From: Clostridia bacterium
GTDB taxonomy: Bacteria; Bacillota; Clostridia; Oscillospirales; UBA644
DNA length: 57,166 nt
Direction of reading: 5' to 3'
NCBI GenBank assembly: GCA_014872655.1
Contig: WHHJ01000004.1
Coordinates: forward strand, 1 to 57,166
A program made the translations under genes and the position numbers. Under the pieces are notes generated by a model. It worked only from the letters and a program-made list of their open reading frames with translations, did not search any database and was not told the origin of the DNA. Below are positions 38,159 through 47,532 of this stretch, piece after piece (positions within the stretch are counted from its first letter, which is position 1; each line of letters begins with the position of its first letter).

Positions 38159-39661
38159 ATGAACGGAGAAGTTTTGGCATTTATTTTGTATTTTGTTGTG
38201 GTGCTCGGGATTGGAATCTTTTTCTTTTTCCGGTCTCGCGGCGGCGGCGAGAAAGAGTATTTTTTAGGCGGACGTTCCATGGGGCCGTGGGTAACGGCAA
38301 TGAGTGCGCAGGCATCGGATATGTCGGCGTGGCTGTTGATGGGGTTACCGGGCAGTATTTTGGCGTTTGGCCTGGGACAGGTATGGATTGGGATCGGACT
38401 GGTTTTAGGTACGGCGGCTAACTGGATTTTTGTAGCCCGTCGTTTACGTCGATTTTCGAAAGCAGCCAATGATTCCATTACGTTGCCGCAGTATTTTACA
38501 AACCGGTTTATGTCGAATAACCGCGGCTTACAAGTAATTAGCGCGATTATTTTTCTGGTATTCTTTACGGTCTATGTGGCATCCGGCTTTGTGGCGGGAA
38601 CGAAAGTTTTTGTTACGGTATTCCCCAGCTTGGATGTGCAGTGGGCGATGATCCTTTTTGCTGCCATTATTTTATTGTATACATTTTTAGGCGGATTTAA
38701 AGCCGTTTGCTGGACGGACTTTTTTCAGGGAATGCTGATGTTGGTGGCATTGCTTGCTGTGCCGATTGTGTTGGTTTGCGGCGGTCAGACTTTTGATTCC
38801 GCGGCTTTATCCACTGTTTACACCGGTGCGGACGGTACGGCATATGCGTTTACCCCCAATTTGTTCAGCGCCAGCTGGCAGGAAGTCGTTTCCGGTTTAG
38901 TTTGGGGATTGGGATATTTTGGCATGCCGCATATCCTGGTTCGTTTTATGTCCATCAAAAAATCTTCCATGATTAAAAAATCGGCAACCATTGCCATTAT
39001 CTGGGTCATTCTTTCATTGGGTTCCGCGATTGCGCTGGCTATTTTGGGCCGTATGATTCTGGGCGGTGAACTTTTGCCGAGCGGGGCACAGGATACGGTC
39101 TTTATCGTATTTGTCAGACGGTTATTCCCGTCCTTTATTGCCGGTTTGCTGATGTCTGCGATCATTGCCGCGTCGATGTCTACGGCAGACAGTCAGTTGT
39201 TGGTGGCCTCTTCTTCCTTTACCAGTGACATTTACAAACCGCTAATCCGCAAAAAAGCGTCGGATAAAGAATTGTTATGGGTCGGCCGTTTGGTTGTACT
39301 GATTGTGGCTGTCGTTGCTTATTTCATCGCATCCAGTAAGGCACAGGGCGCGCAGGCGATTATGGACTTGGTTGAAAATGCTTGGGCCGGTTTTGGCTCT
39401 GCCTTCGGTCCGGTTGTCATTCTGTCCGTATTCTGGAAGCGGATTACTTATAAAGGTGCGGTTGCCGGCGTGGTTGGCGGCGCTGTTGTTGACGTATTGT
39501 GGCTGGCGTTTTTATCTTCACCAACGGGTATTTATGAGTTGTTGCCCGGTTTTGTTGCCGGTTTGCTCTGCTGCATTGTCGGTTCCTTGTTGGATCACAA
39601 GCCGTCTGCCGAAGTGCTTGCTGTTTACGAACGTGCAACAGCACAACAGGACGAAGATTAA
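38159..39661 (+). CDS. putP: Sodium/proline symporter (SSS family)
   Basis: Contains EYFLGGRSMGPWVTAMSAQASDMSAWLLMGLPG and has an approximately 13-TM profile. Confidence 0.9.
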   Translation: MNGEVLAFILYFVVVLGIGIFFFFRSRGGGEKEYFLGGRSMGPWVTAMSAQASDMSAWLLMGLPGSILAFGLGQVWIGIGLVLGTAANWIFVARRLRRFSKAANDSITLPQYFTNRFMSNNRGLQVISAIIFLVFFTVYVASGFVAGTKVFVTVFPSLDVQWAMILFAAIILLYTFLGGFKAVCWTDFFQGMLMLVALLAVPIVLVCGGQTFDSAALSTVYTGADGTAYAFTPNLFSASWQEVVSGLVWGLGYFGMPHILVRFMSIKKSSMIKKSATIAIIWVILSLGSAIALAILGRMILGGELLPSGAQDTVFIVFVRRLFPSFIAGLLMSAIIAASMSTADSQLLVASSSFTSDIYKPLIRKKASDKELLWVGRLVVLIVAVVAYFIASSKAQGAQAIMDLVENAWAGFGSAFGPVVILSVFWKRITYKGAVAGVVGGAVVDVLWLAFLSSPTGIYELLPGFVAGLLCCIVGSLLDHKPSAEVLAVYERATAQQDED

Positions 39662-40093
39662 GTTGCATTTTGCTAAATTTTAATAAATCGAAGATTTTTA
39701 AGAGGAGCGATCTTTTTGCGCCTCTTAAAATTTTTGTATAGAATGATTTGGTTGTTTTTCTGTGCTAAAATTGGTAGATCATGGATAAAAGAATGGATTA
39801 GCTTGTTTATATAAAGTAGATGCACGCCATTTGGATAGAACTGGTTTTCGTTGATAGGTAAAATGGTCTTTTCTTTTGATAAGTTTTTTATAAATCGTAA
39901 AAGAAATTGGTAAAAAACTCAAAAAGGCAAAAAAGTTTGATTTGGCCCTTGAAATATATCTAAAAATGATGTACAATATGTACTGAGTGATTCTGAATGC
40001 TTTTTCTGTGTAATTTTATGCAAAAAAGATTGTTTTGGAACCAAAGAGATCCGAGTAGATTTTTACTTGGGAAAATAAAAGGAGGGCCTTGTT

Positions 40094-41824
40094 ATGGCAA
40101 AGAAAAAATGGCTTTCCGTTTTGCTAGCTGTGATGTTTGTGCTGTCTATTATCCCGACGGCAATATTTGCAACAGGCGCAACGGAAATCGTCATTGAAGA
40201 TGCGGACGATTTGGCTGCGGCTATTGCTGGGCAGCAGGCAAATCAAACATGGATAATGAAAGAAAATACTTATGTTTTGACCCAGGAACATCTGAATCAG
40301 TATGCTTCTTGGAATGAGCCCGGTCAGGACAAGTGGTATTTCCCGATCCATGAAGACGGGATCACGATTGTCGGCGAGGGCAACGTTGTCATTACCAGCG
40401 ATGTAGAAACGCCAAACGGAGTGTGGGCAACACAGGACTTTATTACCATTTGGTCAGATAACGTTACTTTGCGTAACCTGAGTATCAAATCAAAGGTAGA
40501 AACAAATAAGGCAATTGAAATTTCAGGAAAAAATGCTACGCTTGAGGGATTGAAACTGTTGCGCAGCGGAGATGAGTGGAATTGGTCCGGATCTATTGTA
40601 TTCAACTCCGATGATATCGGTACTGCTACCATGAAAGATGTAGAGCTGTGCGGATGGGTTTCTGCCAACTACGCCAAAGCCGGTACGCTGAATGCGGAAA
40701 ACGTTACGATTGATTTTACAGATACCGCTTATTCCGGTTTCAACCAGGACGGAGCATATCTGTGGAACCCCGGAATTCATAACTTTAATTCTGCCGGTGT
40801 TACGGTAAACAATAAAAACTTATCCATTTTAGTTGACAGTAATATCAATTTAAATGAACAGATTTTCAACGGAAAGGCACAGCCGGAGACAACGATTGTT
40901 TTAACCGAAAATGTTGCTGTTGGAAAAATGCTTGATTTGACAACAGATAATACAACATTGGATTTGAACGGCCACACCATCACCGCTACAGAAGATTTTT
41001 ACAGCACATTCCCCAACGATGCGCATTTGTTACAGGTAAACGGTGCTGAAAATGTTGTGATCAAAAACGGTAGCTTGGTATCGACCGATTTGAATAAACA
41101 TACTGTTAATGTATATCAATCTCAAAATGTTACGTTGGATGGTTTGACCATTGACAATACGCATACGATGGGTGGATGCCCGGTTGTTGTGAATGCTTCT
41201 TCTGTTAACGTCGAAGACGATTTGGCTTTGGTGGTTGGCGAGAAGTCTTGGGAAGGCATCAATGTAGACCCGAAAGAATCTACTGCAGAGTTGACCTTTG
41301 CAACCGGTTCTTCCGTTGCGATGAGTGGTAATGATGAAATTCCGGTCGTTAAAGTAGACGGCGAGCAAAGCAATATCACCATCTCCGGAGCAGGGGATGC
41401 CGGACTTGATGTCGACAGTGACGGCAATTTCGTTCCGCATACACATGAGTATGGTCCAGATTGGAACAGCGATGAAGACGGTCACTGGAAAGAGTGCACC
41501 TGTGGTGAGAAATCTGAATATGCTGCACACACTTTTGAGTGGGTGGTAGATAAAGAAGCAACGGCAACCGAAGACGGTAGCAAACATCAAGAATGCACCG
41601 TTTGCGGATACAGCTTGCCTGCTGAGAAGATTCCTGCAACAGGAACTGACACGGATACCGACACTGACACCGATACAGATACTGATACTGACACGGATAA
41701 AGAGCCGGAAGAAACACCTCCGACTTCTGACGGCGCAGAACTGATGCTGTGGGCTTCTCTGGCTTTGATTAGTTTAGCTGCAGTGGCTGGCGTATTGGTT
41801 GTTAACAAAAAGAATCGCGCATAA
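40094..41824 (+). CDS. Cell-surface protein: signal peptide, beta-helix-like repeats, Cys/His-rich module, (TD)9 linker, C-terminal TM anchor
   Basis: The signal peptide is MAKKKWLSVLLAVMFVLSIIPTAIFA. NVT(L/I)-type repeats recur along the protein. The Cys/His module reads HTHEYGPDWNSDEDGHWKECTCGEKSEYAAHTFEWVVDKEATATEDGSKHQECTVCGY. The anchor ends LISLAAVAGVLVVNKKNRA. Confidence 0.8.
   Translation: MAKKKWLSVLLAVMFVLSIIPTAIFATGATEIVIEDADDLAAAIAGQQANQTWIMKENTYVLTQEHLNQYASWNEPGQDKWYFPIHEDGITIVGEGNVVITSDVETPNGVWATQDFITIWSDNVTLRNLSIKSKVETNKAIEISGKNATLEGLKLLRSGDEWNWSGSIVFNSDDIGTATMKDVELCGWVSANYAKAGTLNAENVTIDFTDTAYSGFNQDGAYLWNPGIHNFNSAGVTVNNKNLSILVDSNINLNEQIFNGKAQPETTIVLTENVAVGKMLDLTTDNTTLDLNGHTITATEDFYSTFPNDAHLLQVNGAENVVIKNGSLVSTDLNKHTVNVYQSQNVTLDGLTIDNTHTMGGCPVVVNASSVNVEDDLALVVGEKSWEGINVDPKESTAELTFATGSSVAMSGNDEIPVVKVDGEQSNITISGAGDAGLDVDSDGNFVPHTHEYGPDWNSDEDGHWKECTCGEKSEYAAHTFEWVVDKEATATEDGSKHQECTVCGYSLPAEKIPATGTDTDTDTDTDTDTDTDTDKEPEETPPTSDGAELMLWASLALISLAAVAGVLVVNKKNRA
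41645..41698 (+). repeat. Imperfect hexanucleotide coding repeat (ACNGAY)9 encoding (Thr-Asp)9
   Basis: The sequence ACTGACACGGATACCGACACTGACACCGATACAGATACTGATACTGACACGGAT is read in frame. Confidence 0.9.
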
Positions 41825-41834
41825 TCGATTGATT

Positions 41835-41871
41835 TAAAAAATTCGGCAGAATATTCTGCCGAATTTTTTTA
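41835..41871. terminator. Perfect palindromic bidirectional terminator
   Basis: The sequence is AAAAAATTCGGCAGAATATTCTGCCGAATTTTTTT. Confidence 0.85.
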
Positions 41872-42032
41872 TGGAAAGAAAAGCGGACTACTTAACCTTG
41901 TGAGCAAAAAACGCAGCAAAGCAGGGCAATCCCTTTCGGACGGTTGAAAGAAATTGGAAACGGATTGGCTCTCGTTCCAGCATTTAGAAAAATTGTAAAA
42001 ACAGGGGAAATTGACTTCTGTAATTGGGTCTT

Positions 42033-42137
42033 CGTGCGCTTATATTCATGTAATCTGCCCGCGCGCCTGTATCGTGTAACCCGTCCGCGCGTTTATATTC
42101 ATGGAACTCGTCTGTATGCTTTTATCGTGCAACTCTA
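42033..42137. repeat. Four ~26-bp degenerate tandem units (two alternating types)
   Basis: The units are CGTGCGCTTATATTCATGTAATCTGC, CCGCGCGCCTGTATCGTGTAACCCGT, CCGCGCGTTTATATTCATGGAACTCGT and CTGTATGCTTTTATCGTGCAACTCTA. Confidence 0.55.
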
Positions 42138-42401
42138 CTTGTTGCCTTTAGGGCATTTAGTTAAAGCGTATTTATTTTTGCAATTTGTGGTATAAACGAA
42201 TCCTGGCGGATAGGATAGGACAGGATGCCTATGTCCTATATTTGTATAAAAACGGAAGCCTTATTGGTCTTTCAGATTCGGTGACCTTGACATTTCTTTA
42301 TTTACATGAAAAAGAAGGCCATTATGGTCTGGAGCCGGTGATTGATTTCTTAACAACTTGTGTCTGTCTCTATAAAGAAGAAGCTTTTATGGATCCGAAT
42401 T

Positions 42402-42445
42402 AAAAAAACAAGCGATGACGAAAGTCATCGCTTGTTTTGATTTTA
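42402..42445. terminator. Bidirectional terminator (serves purL on the minus strand)
   Basis: The sequence reads AAAAAAA-ACAAGCGATGAC-GAAA-GTCATCGCTTGT-TTTGATTTT. Confidence 0.8.
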
Positions 42446-42530
42446 TTCTATCGGTTTCCGATTGTTGGCTGCACAGAATGAAGACGTGTGCAACGCATTG
42501 TTTCTTGGGCAAACTTTGCCGAATCAACTT

Positions 42531-45500
42531 TTATAGGCTGAAATATTCTACCGCCGAGCGGAATAGCCCCATATCATAACAACCGTCCACATTTTGATAT
42601 AATCCCGTTCCGACACGCTCGGAGTGCCCCATTTTACCGAATACTCGTCCGTCCGGAGAAGTGATGCCCTCAATGGCACAGAACGAACCGTTCGGGTTAA
42701 ACGCAATATCCATCGTTGCTTGTCCTTGCAGGTCGACATATTGCGTCAAAATTTGACCGTTTTGAGCCAGTTGTCGGATCAGTTCGGGTTCAGCGATAAA
42801 CCGGCCTTCGCCGTGTGAAATCGGCACGGTAAACACTTGTCCGACCTCGGTGTGCATCATCCATGGAGATTGATTGGAGGCCACGCGGGTCCGAACCAGT
42901 TTAGATTGGTGCCGGCCGATGGTATTGTAGGTTAATGTGGGACAATGTTCGTCTGTCTGCACAATCTTGCCGTACGGAACCAGACCCAATTTGATCAGCG
43001 CCTGGAAGCCGTTGCAGATTCCGCCCATCAGACCGTCGCGCGCTTCCAGTAAATCGGTTACCGCCTGGCTGATTTCCGGATTGCGGAAGAATGCGGTAAT
43101 AAACTTTCCGGAACCGTCCGGCTCGTCGCCGCCGGAGAATCCGCCGGGGATAAAGATAATTTGGCTTTGCTCGATTTTTTCGGCAAACAACCGTACCGAT
43201 TGCGAGACCGCGTCGGCGGTAAGATTGTTGATCACAAAAATTTCGGGTTGTGCTCCGGCTGCCGCCAGCGCTTTTGCCGTATCATATTCACAGTTCGTGC
43301 CCGGAAAGACCGGAATCAATACCCGGGGCTTGGTCTGCCGAATTTTGGGACCGCGCCGGGTCTGTGCCGGATAAGAGAAGTTTTCCACCGTTTCCTGGTC
43401 GGCATCTGTAGATGTTTTTCCGACCTGATTGCAGGGAAATACATCTTCCAATTTATTTTCATACAAGGCGTACAGTTCTTCCAAATCGACTGCTTTTTCG
43501 CCCCATTTCAACTGTAACGGGGAAACCGTTGTTCCCAGTAGAACGCCGACTTCGTCATCCGAAGTCAATTCCACCACAAACGCGCCGTAATGATAGGCAA
43601 ACAGCACGGACAGGTCGACACTTGCGTCAAAGGTAAATCCGATTCGGTTGCCCATCGTCATTTTGAAGATCGCTTCGGCAACGCCGCCGTAAGTGGGCGT
43701 GTATACCGCCGCCGCTTTTTTGCTCCGAACCAAATCGGTAACGGTTTGGAATGTTTGCAGTAGGGATTCGGTTACAGGCAGCCCGTTTTCGTCATATTGC
43801 GGCTGCAACAGCACTACGCGATGGCCGGCCTGCTTGAATTCCGGACTGATCACCTGGTCCACCGTTCCGGTCGTTACCGCAAACGAAACCAACGTCGGCG
43901 GAACATCCAGTTGTTCGAACGATCCGCTCATGGAGTCTTTTCCGCCGATTGCGGCGATTTTCAGTTGCTTTTGGGCCTCAAACGCGCCCAGCAGAGCCGC
44001 CAGCGGTTTACCCCAACGGGCAGGGTCCTGCTTAGGTTTTTCAAAATATTCCTGAAAAGTCAGGTAAACGTCTTCAAAACAAGCACCCGTTGCAATCAGT
44101 TTGCTGACCGATTCAATCACGGCCAGATACGCTCCGTGATACGGGCTCTTTTCGGATATAAACGGGTTGTAGCCCCACGATAAAAACGAGCAGGTCGACG
44201 TGTCTTTGTCTTCCACAGAAATTTTATGAACCATCGCCTGAATCGGGGTTTTTTGATAGGTACCGCCGAACGGCATCAACACCGTTCCCGCGCCGATCGT
44301 GGAGTCAAATCGTTCCGAGAGTCCTCGTTTGGAACAGATATTGAGGTCTTGTGCCAATGCATGCAGGCCGGACTGGAAGTCTGCCGGCAGTTGTTTTTCA
44401 AACGGCTGCGGTGCTTGCGGCGCAATGGTGATATGTTTTTCAGCTCCGTTGGAGTTGAGAAACTCGCGAGACAGGTTTACAATCGTATTCCCGTTCCAGC
44501 TCATCGTCAGATACGGATCCTGTTTTACGGTTGCCACTACGGTCGCTTCCAGGTTTTCGGCTTTGGCCAGCTCACAAAATGCTTGGACGTCTTCTTGGGC
44601 GACGACGACCGCCATCCGTTCCTGCGATTCGCTGATCGCCAGTTCGGTTCCGTCCAGTCCTTCATACTTTTTAGGAACAGCATTTAAATCAATGTCCAGC
44701 CCGTCGGCCAGTTCTCCGATTGCAACCGAAACGCCGCCCGCGCCAAAGTCGTTGCAGCGCTTAATCAGCCGCGAAGCTTTTGGATTGCGGAATAACCGTT
44801 GCAGTTTGCGTTCTTCCGGTGCATTTCCTTTTTGGACTTCTGCGCCGCAGCTTTCCAACGATTGTATATTATGAGATTTGGACGACCCGGTCGCACCGCC
44901 ACAGCCGTCTCGGCCGGTTCTGCCGCCCAATAAAATCACTTTATCCGAGGGTTGCGGCCGTTCTCTGCGTACATTTTCTGCAGGGGCGGCTGCAATCACG
45001 GCGCCGATTTCCATCCGTTTTGCCGCATAGCCCGGATGATAAATTTCATCAACCTGGCCTGTTGCCAATCCGATTTGGTTACCGTAAGAACTATATCCGG
45101 CGGCCGCCGTTGTGACAATCTTACGCTGCGGCAATTTCCCCTCCATGGTTTGGCTGACGTCAACGGTCGGATCGGCTGCGCCGGTGACACGCATTGCGGC
45201 GTAAACATAACTCCGGCCCGAAAGCGGGTCGCGGATCGCGCCGCCGATACAGGTTGCCGCGCCGCCGAACGGTTCAATCTCCGTGGGGTGATTGTGTGTT
45301 TCGTTTTTAAACAGCAGCAGCCAGGGTTCGGTCTTGCCTTCAATCTGCACGTCCATCTTCACGGTGCAGGCATTGATTTCTTCGGATTCGTCCAACTTTT
45401 CCAACAGCCCTTGCCGGCGCAGATATTTGGCAGCCAGCGTGGCAATATCCATCAGATTTTGCGGTTTTGTGCGTCCCAGTTGCTCCCGGGTTTGCAGATA

Positions 45501-46238
45501 ATCCTCGTACGCTTTTTGCAACAGCGCGTCCTCAAACTGCACCCCGTCAATGGTCGTTAAAAAGGTGGTATGCCGGCAGTGGTCGGACCAATAGGTATCG
45601 ATCATCCGAATTTCGGTAATGGTCGGATCCCGTTTTTCACTGGTAAAATAATCCCGGCAAAAACGCAGATCGTCTAAATCCATTGCCAACGCATAATCGG
45701 CAAGAAAACGGCGCAGACCGTCTTCGTCCAACTGCCGGAACCCATCCAGGGTTTGTACCGTCGTCGGTACCGTATATTCTGCCTTTAGGGTCTCGGGCTT
45801 TTCAGCCGATGCCAGGCGAGCCTCTACGGGGTTGATCACGTATTTTTGAATGGCGGCCAAATCGGAATCGGACAAATTGCCGTACAAAACATAAACCTTG
45901 GCAGAGCGAACGGTAGGCCGCTCCGCTTTGGAGATAATCTGAATACATTCTTCTGCCGAATTGGCCCGTTGGTCAAACTGACCCGGCAAATACTCCACCG
46001 CAAACGAAATTCCGTCTGCCGGCGGCTCTTCGGTCACCGTGTCCAACTGCGGTTCGGAGAAAACGGTCTTTTTACACTGTTCAAATAATTCGGGGTCGAT
46101 ATTCTCTACATCATACCGGTTCAAAATCCGCAGATCGGTCAATGCTTCAATGCCCAACAGCCCGCACAAGTCTTCTTTGAGCGCATGGGCTTCGTGTGCA
46201 AAAGGTTGTTTTTTTTCGACATATATTCTATAAACCAT
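42531..46238 (-). CDS. purL: Phosphoribosylformylglycinamidine synthase, single-chain large form
   Basis: About 1235 aa, with PurS-like N-terminal, FGAM synthetase and C-terminal glutaminase (GGFSGGDEP, ICNGFQ) parts. The start ATG at 46238 follows the SD GGGAGGAT. The first 34 codons of the ORF overlap purD. Confidence 0.95.
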   Translation of the reverse strand: MVYRIYVEKKQPFAHEAHALKEDLCGLLGIEALTDLRILNRYDVENIDPELFEQCKKTVFSEPQLDTVTEEPPADGISFAVEYLPGQFDQRANSAEECIQIISKAERPTVRSAKVYVLYGNLSDSDLAAIQKYVINPVEARLASAEKPETLKAEYTVPTTVQTLDGFRQLDEDGLRRFLADYALAMDLDDLRFCRDYFTSEKRDPTITEIRMIDTYWSDHCRHTTFLTTIDGVQFEDALLQKAYEDYLQTREQLGRTKPQNLMDIATLAAKYLRRQGLLEKLDESEEINACTVKMDVQIEGKTEPWLLLFKNETHNHPTEIEPFGGAATCIGGAIRDPLSGRSYVYAAMRVTGAADPTVDVSQTMEGKLPQRKIVTTAAAGYSSYGNQIGLATGQVDEIYHPGYAAKRMEIGAVIAAAPAENVRRERPQPSDKVILLGGRTGRDGCGGATGSSKSHNIQSLESCGAEVQKGNAPEERKLQRLFRNPKASRLIKRCNDFGAGGVSVAIGELADGLDIDLNAVPKKYEGLDGTELAISESQERMAVVVAQEDVQAFCELAKAENLEATVVATVKQDPYLTMSWNGNTIVNLSREFLNSNGAEKHITIAPQAPQPFEKQLPADFQSGLHALAQDLNICSKRGLSERFDSTIGAGTVLMPFGGTYQKTPIQAMVHKISVEDKDTSTCSFLSWGYNPFISEKSPYHGAYLAVIESVSKLIATGACFEDVYLTFQEYFEKPKQDPARWGKPLAALLGAFEAQKQLKIAAIGGKDSMSGSFEQLDVPPTLVSFAVTTGTVDQVISPEFKQAGHRVVLLQPQYDENGLPVTESLLQTFQTVTDLVRSKKAAAVYTPTYGGVAEAIFKMTMGNRIGFTFDASVDLSVLFAYHYGAFVVELTSDDEVGVLLGTTVSPLQLKWGEKAVDLEELYALYENKLEDVFPCNQVGKTSTDADQETVENFSYPAQTRRGPKIRQTKPRVLIPVFPGTNCEYDTAKALAAAGAQPEIFVINNLTADAVSQSVRLFAEKIEQSQIIFIPGGFSGGDEPDGSGKFITAFFRNPEISQAVTDLLEARDGLMGGICNGFQALIKLGLVPYGKIVQTDEHCPTLTYNTIGRHQSKLVRTRVASNQSPWMMHTEVGQVFTVPISHGEGRFIAEPELIRQLAQNGQILTQYVDLQGQATMDIAFNPNGSFCAIEGITSPDGRVFGKMGHSERVGTGLYQNVDGCYDMGLFRSAVEYFSL

Positions 46239-46242
46239 GCCG

Positions 46243-47508
46243 TTAATCCTCCCGTAAAGCAAGCGCTTTTTTACCGATATCTGACCGGTAATACGCGTTT
46301 TCAAAGTGGGTATTGCGTACCGTTGTGTAAGCTTTTTCAATCGCCTCGCGCAGTGTCGGGGCCGTCTCGGTAATACCTAACACCCGTCCGCCGCCGGTAA
46401 CCAGCTTGCCGTCTTTCTGTTTTGCGCCGGCAACATAAATCAACGAATGATCCTGCGGCAGGGTGATTTCAAATCCGGTTTCATATTTTTGCGGATACCC
46501 GTCCGACGCCATGACCACGCAGCAGGCGCAGTCTTTGCTGAACGACACTTTTGCCTGGTCGAGCGTCCCGGCCTGTACGTGCATCATAATCTCCAGCAGA
46601 TCGCTTTGCAGCAGCGGCAAAACAACCTGGGTTTCCGGGTCGCCGAATCGGCAGTTATATTCAATCACCTTCGGCCCGTCTTGGGTCAGCATCAGACCAA
46701 AATACAAACATCCGCGGAACGTTCTTCCCTCCTGGTTCATCGCCTCGATGGTCGGTCTAAAAATCGTCCGCATACATTCGTCTGCAATGCTTTCGGTATA
46801 ATACGGATTGGGCGCAATGGTGCCCATGCCTCCGGTATTTAATCCTTCGTCGTTATCCTTAGCCCGCTTGTGGTCCATGGAAGAAACCATCGGAATAATG
46901 GTCTTTCCGTCCGTAAAGGTCAAAACCGACACTTCGGGGCCTTCCAAAAATTCTTCAATCACAATCCGGCTTCCGCTTTCGCCAAACACCTTGTCTTCCA
47001 TCATCGACCGTACAGCCTGTTCGGCCTGTTGTCTGGTTTGGGCAATGATGACGCCTTTGCCCAGCGCCAGTCCGTCTGCTTTAATCACCGTGGGACACGG
47101 TGCCGTTTTTAGATATTCCAACGCTTGCTGTGCCTGGTCAAAAACTTCGTACCGAGCTGTTGGAATGCCGTATTTTTTCATCAGCTGTTTGGCAAATACT
47201 TTGCTGCCCTCGATCATTGCCGCATTTTTTTGCGGGCCAAAGCAGGGGATCCCGGCTTGCTGCAATTGATCCACCGCTCCCAATACCAAGGGGTCGTCCG
47301 GTGCCACAATGGCAAAATCAATTGCATGTTCTACCGCAAACTGTGTGATTTTATCGATCTCTTTTGCGCCGATGTCTACGCACTGCGCATCTTCGGCAAT
47401 GCCGCCGTTTCCGGGCAGGGCATAGATCGTTTCAACGTTGGGGTTCTGCTTAATTTTTTTGATAATGGCGTGTTCTCTTCCGCCGCCTCCGACAACCAGA
47501 ATCTTCAT
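46243..47508 (-). CDS. purD: Phosphoribosylamine--glycine ligase
   Basis: Begins MKILVVGGGGREHAI and shows ATP-grasp family motifs. Confidence 0.96.
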   Translation of the reverse strand: MKILVVGGGGREHAIIKKIKQNPNVETIYALPGNGGIAEDAQCVDIGAKEIDKITQFAVEHAIDFAIVAPDDPLVLGAVDQLQQAGIPCFGPQKNAAMIEGSKVFAKQLMKKYGIPTARYEVFDQAQQALEYLKTAPCPTVIKADGLALGKGVIIAQTRQQAEQAVRSMMEDKVFGESGSRIVIEEFLEGPEVSVLTFTDGKTIIPMVSSMDHKRAKDNDEGLNTGGMGTIAPNPYYTESIADECMRTIFRPTIEAMNQEGRTFRGCLYFGLMLTQDGPKVIEYNCRFGDPETQVVLPLLQSDLLEIMMHVQAGTLDQAKVSFSKDCACCVVMASDGYPQKYETGFEITLPQDHSLIYVAGAKQKDGKLVTGGGRVLGITETAPTLREAIEKAYTTVRNTHFENAYYRSDIGKKALALRED

Positions 47509-47532
47509 CGCTGCATCCCTCCTCTGTTCGCA

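Noticed and set aside
37972-38478. A 168-aa minus-strand ORF overlapping the putP promoter and 5' end.
   Set aside because: It overlaps a consensus promoter and the conserved PutP N-terminus on the other strand, and has no start context.
39779-39976. A 65-aa minus-strand ORF upstream of the surface-protein gene.
   Set aside because: It lies in an AT-rich promoter region (TTGAAA...TACAAT on the plus strand) and has no SD, so it is probably spurious.
41944-42403. Two small plus-strand ORFs (83 and 72 aa) between the surface-protein gene and purL.
   Set aside because: Neither has an SD. The first is built from the degenerate tandem repeats. The second starts at a GTG/TTG-type codon with no ribosome-binding site. 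Coding potential is unproven, so I left them uncalled.
42937-45560. A series of 100-200-aa plus-strand ORFs inside purL, and similar antisense ORFs in purD, purH, purM, purF, lepA, hemW and the ABC genes.
   Set aside because: All are antisense or out-of-frame shadows of strongly recognisable genes, with Arg/Gly/Ala-rich compositions and no SD sequences.
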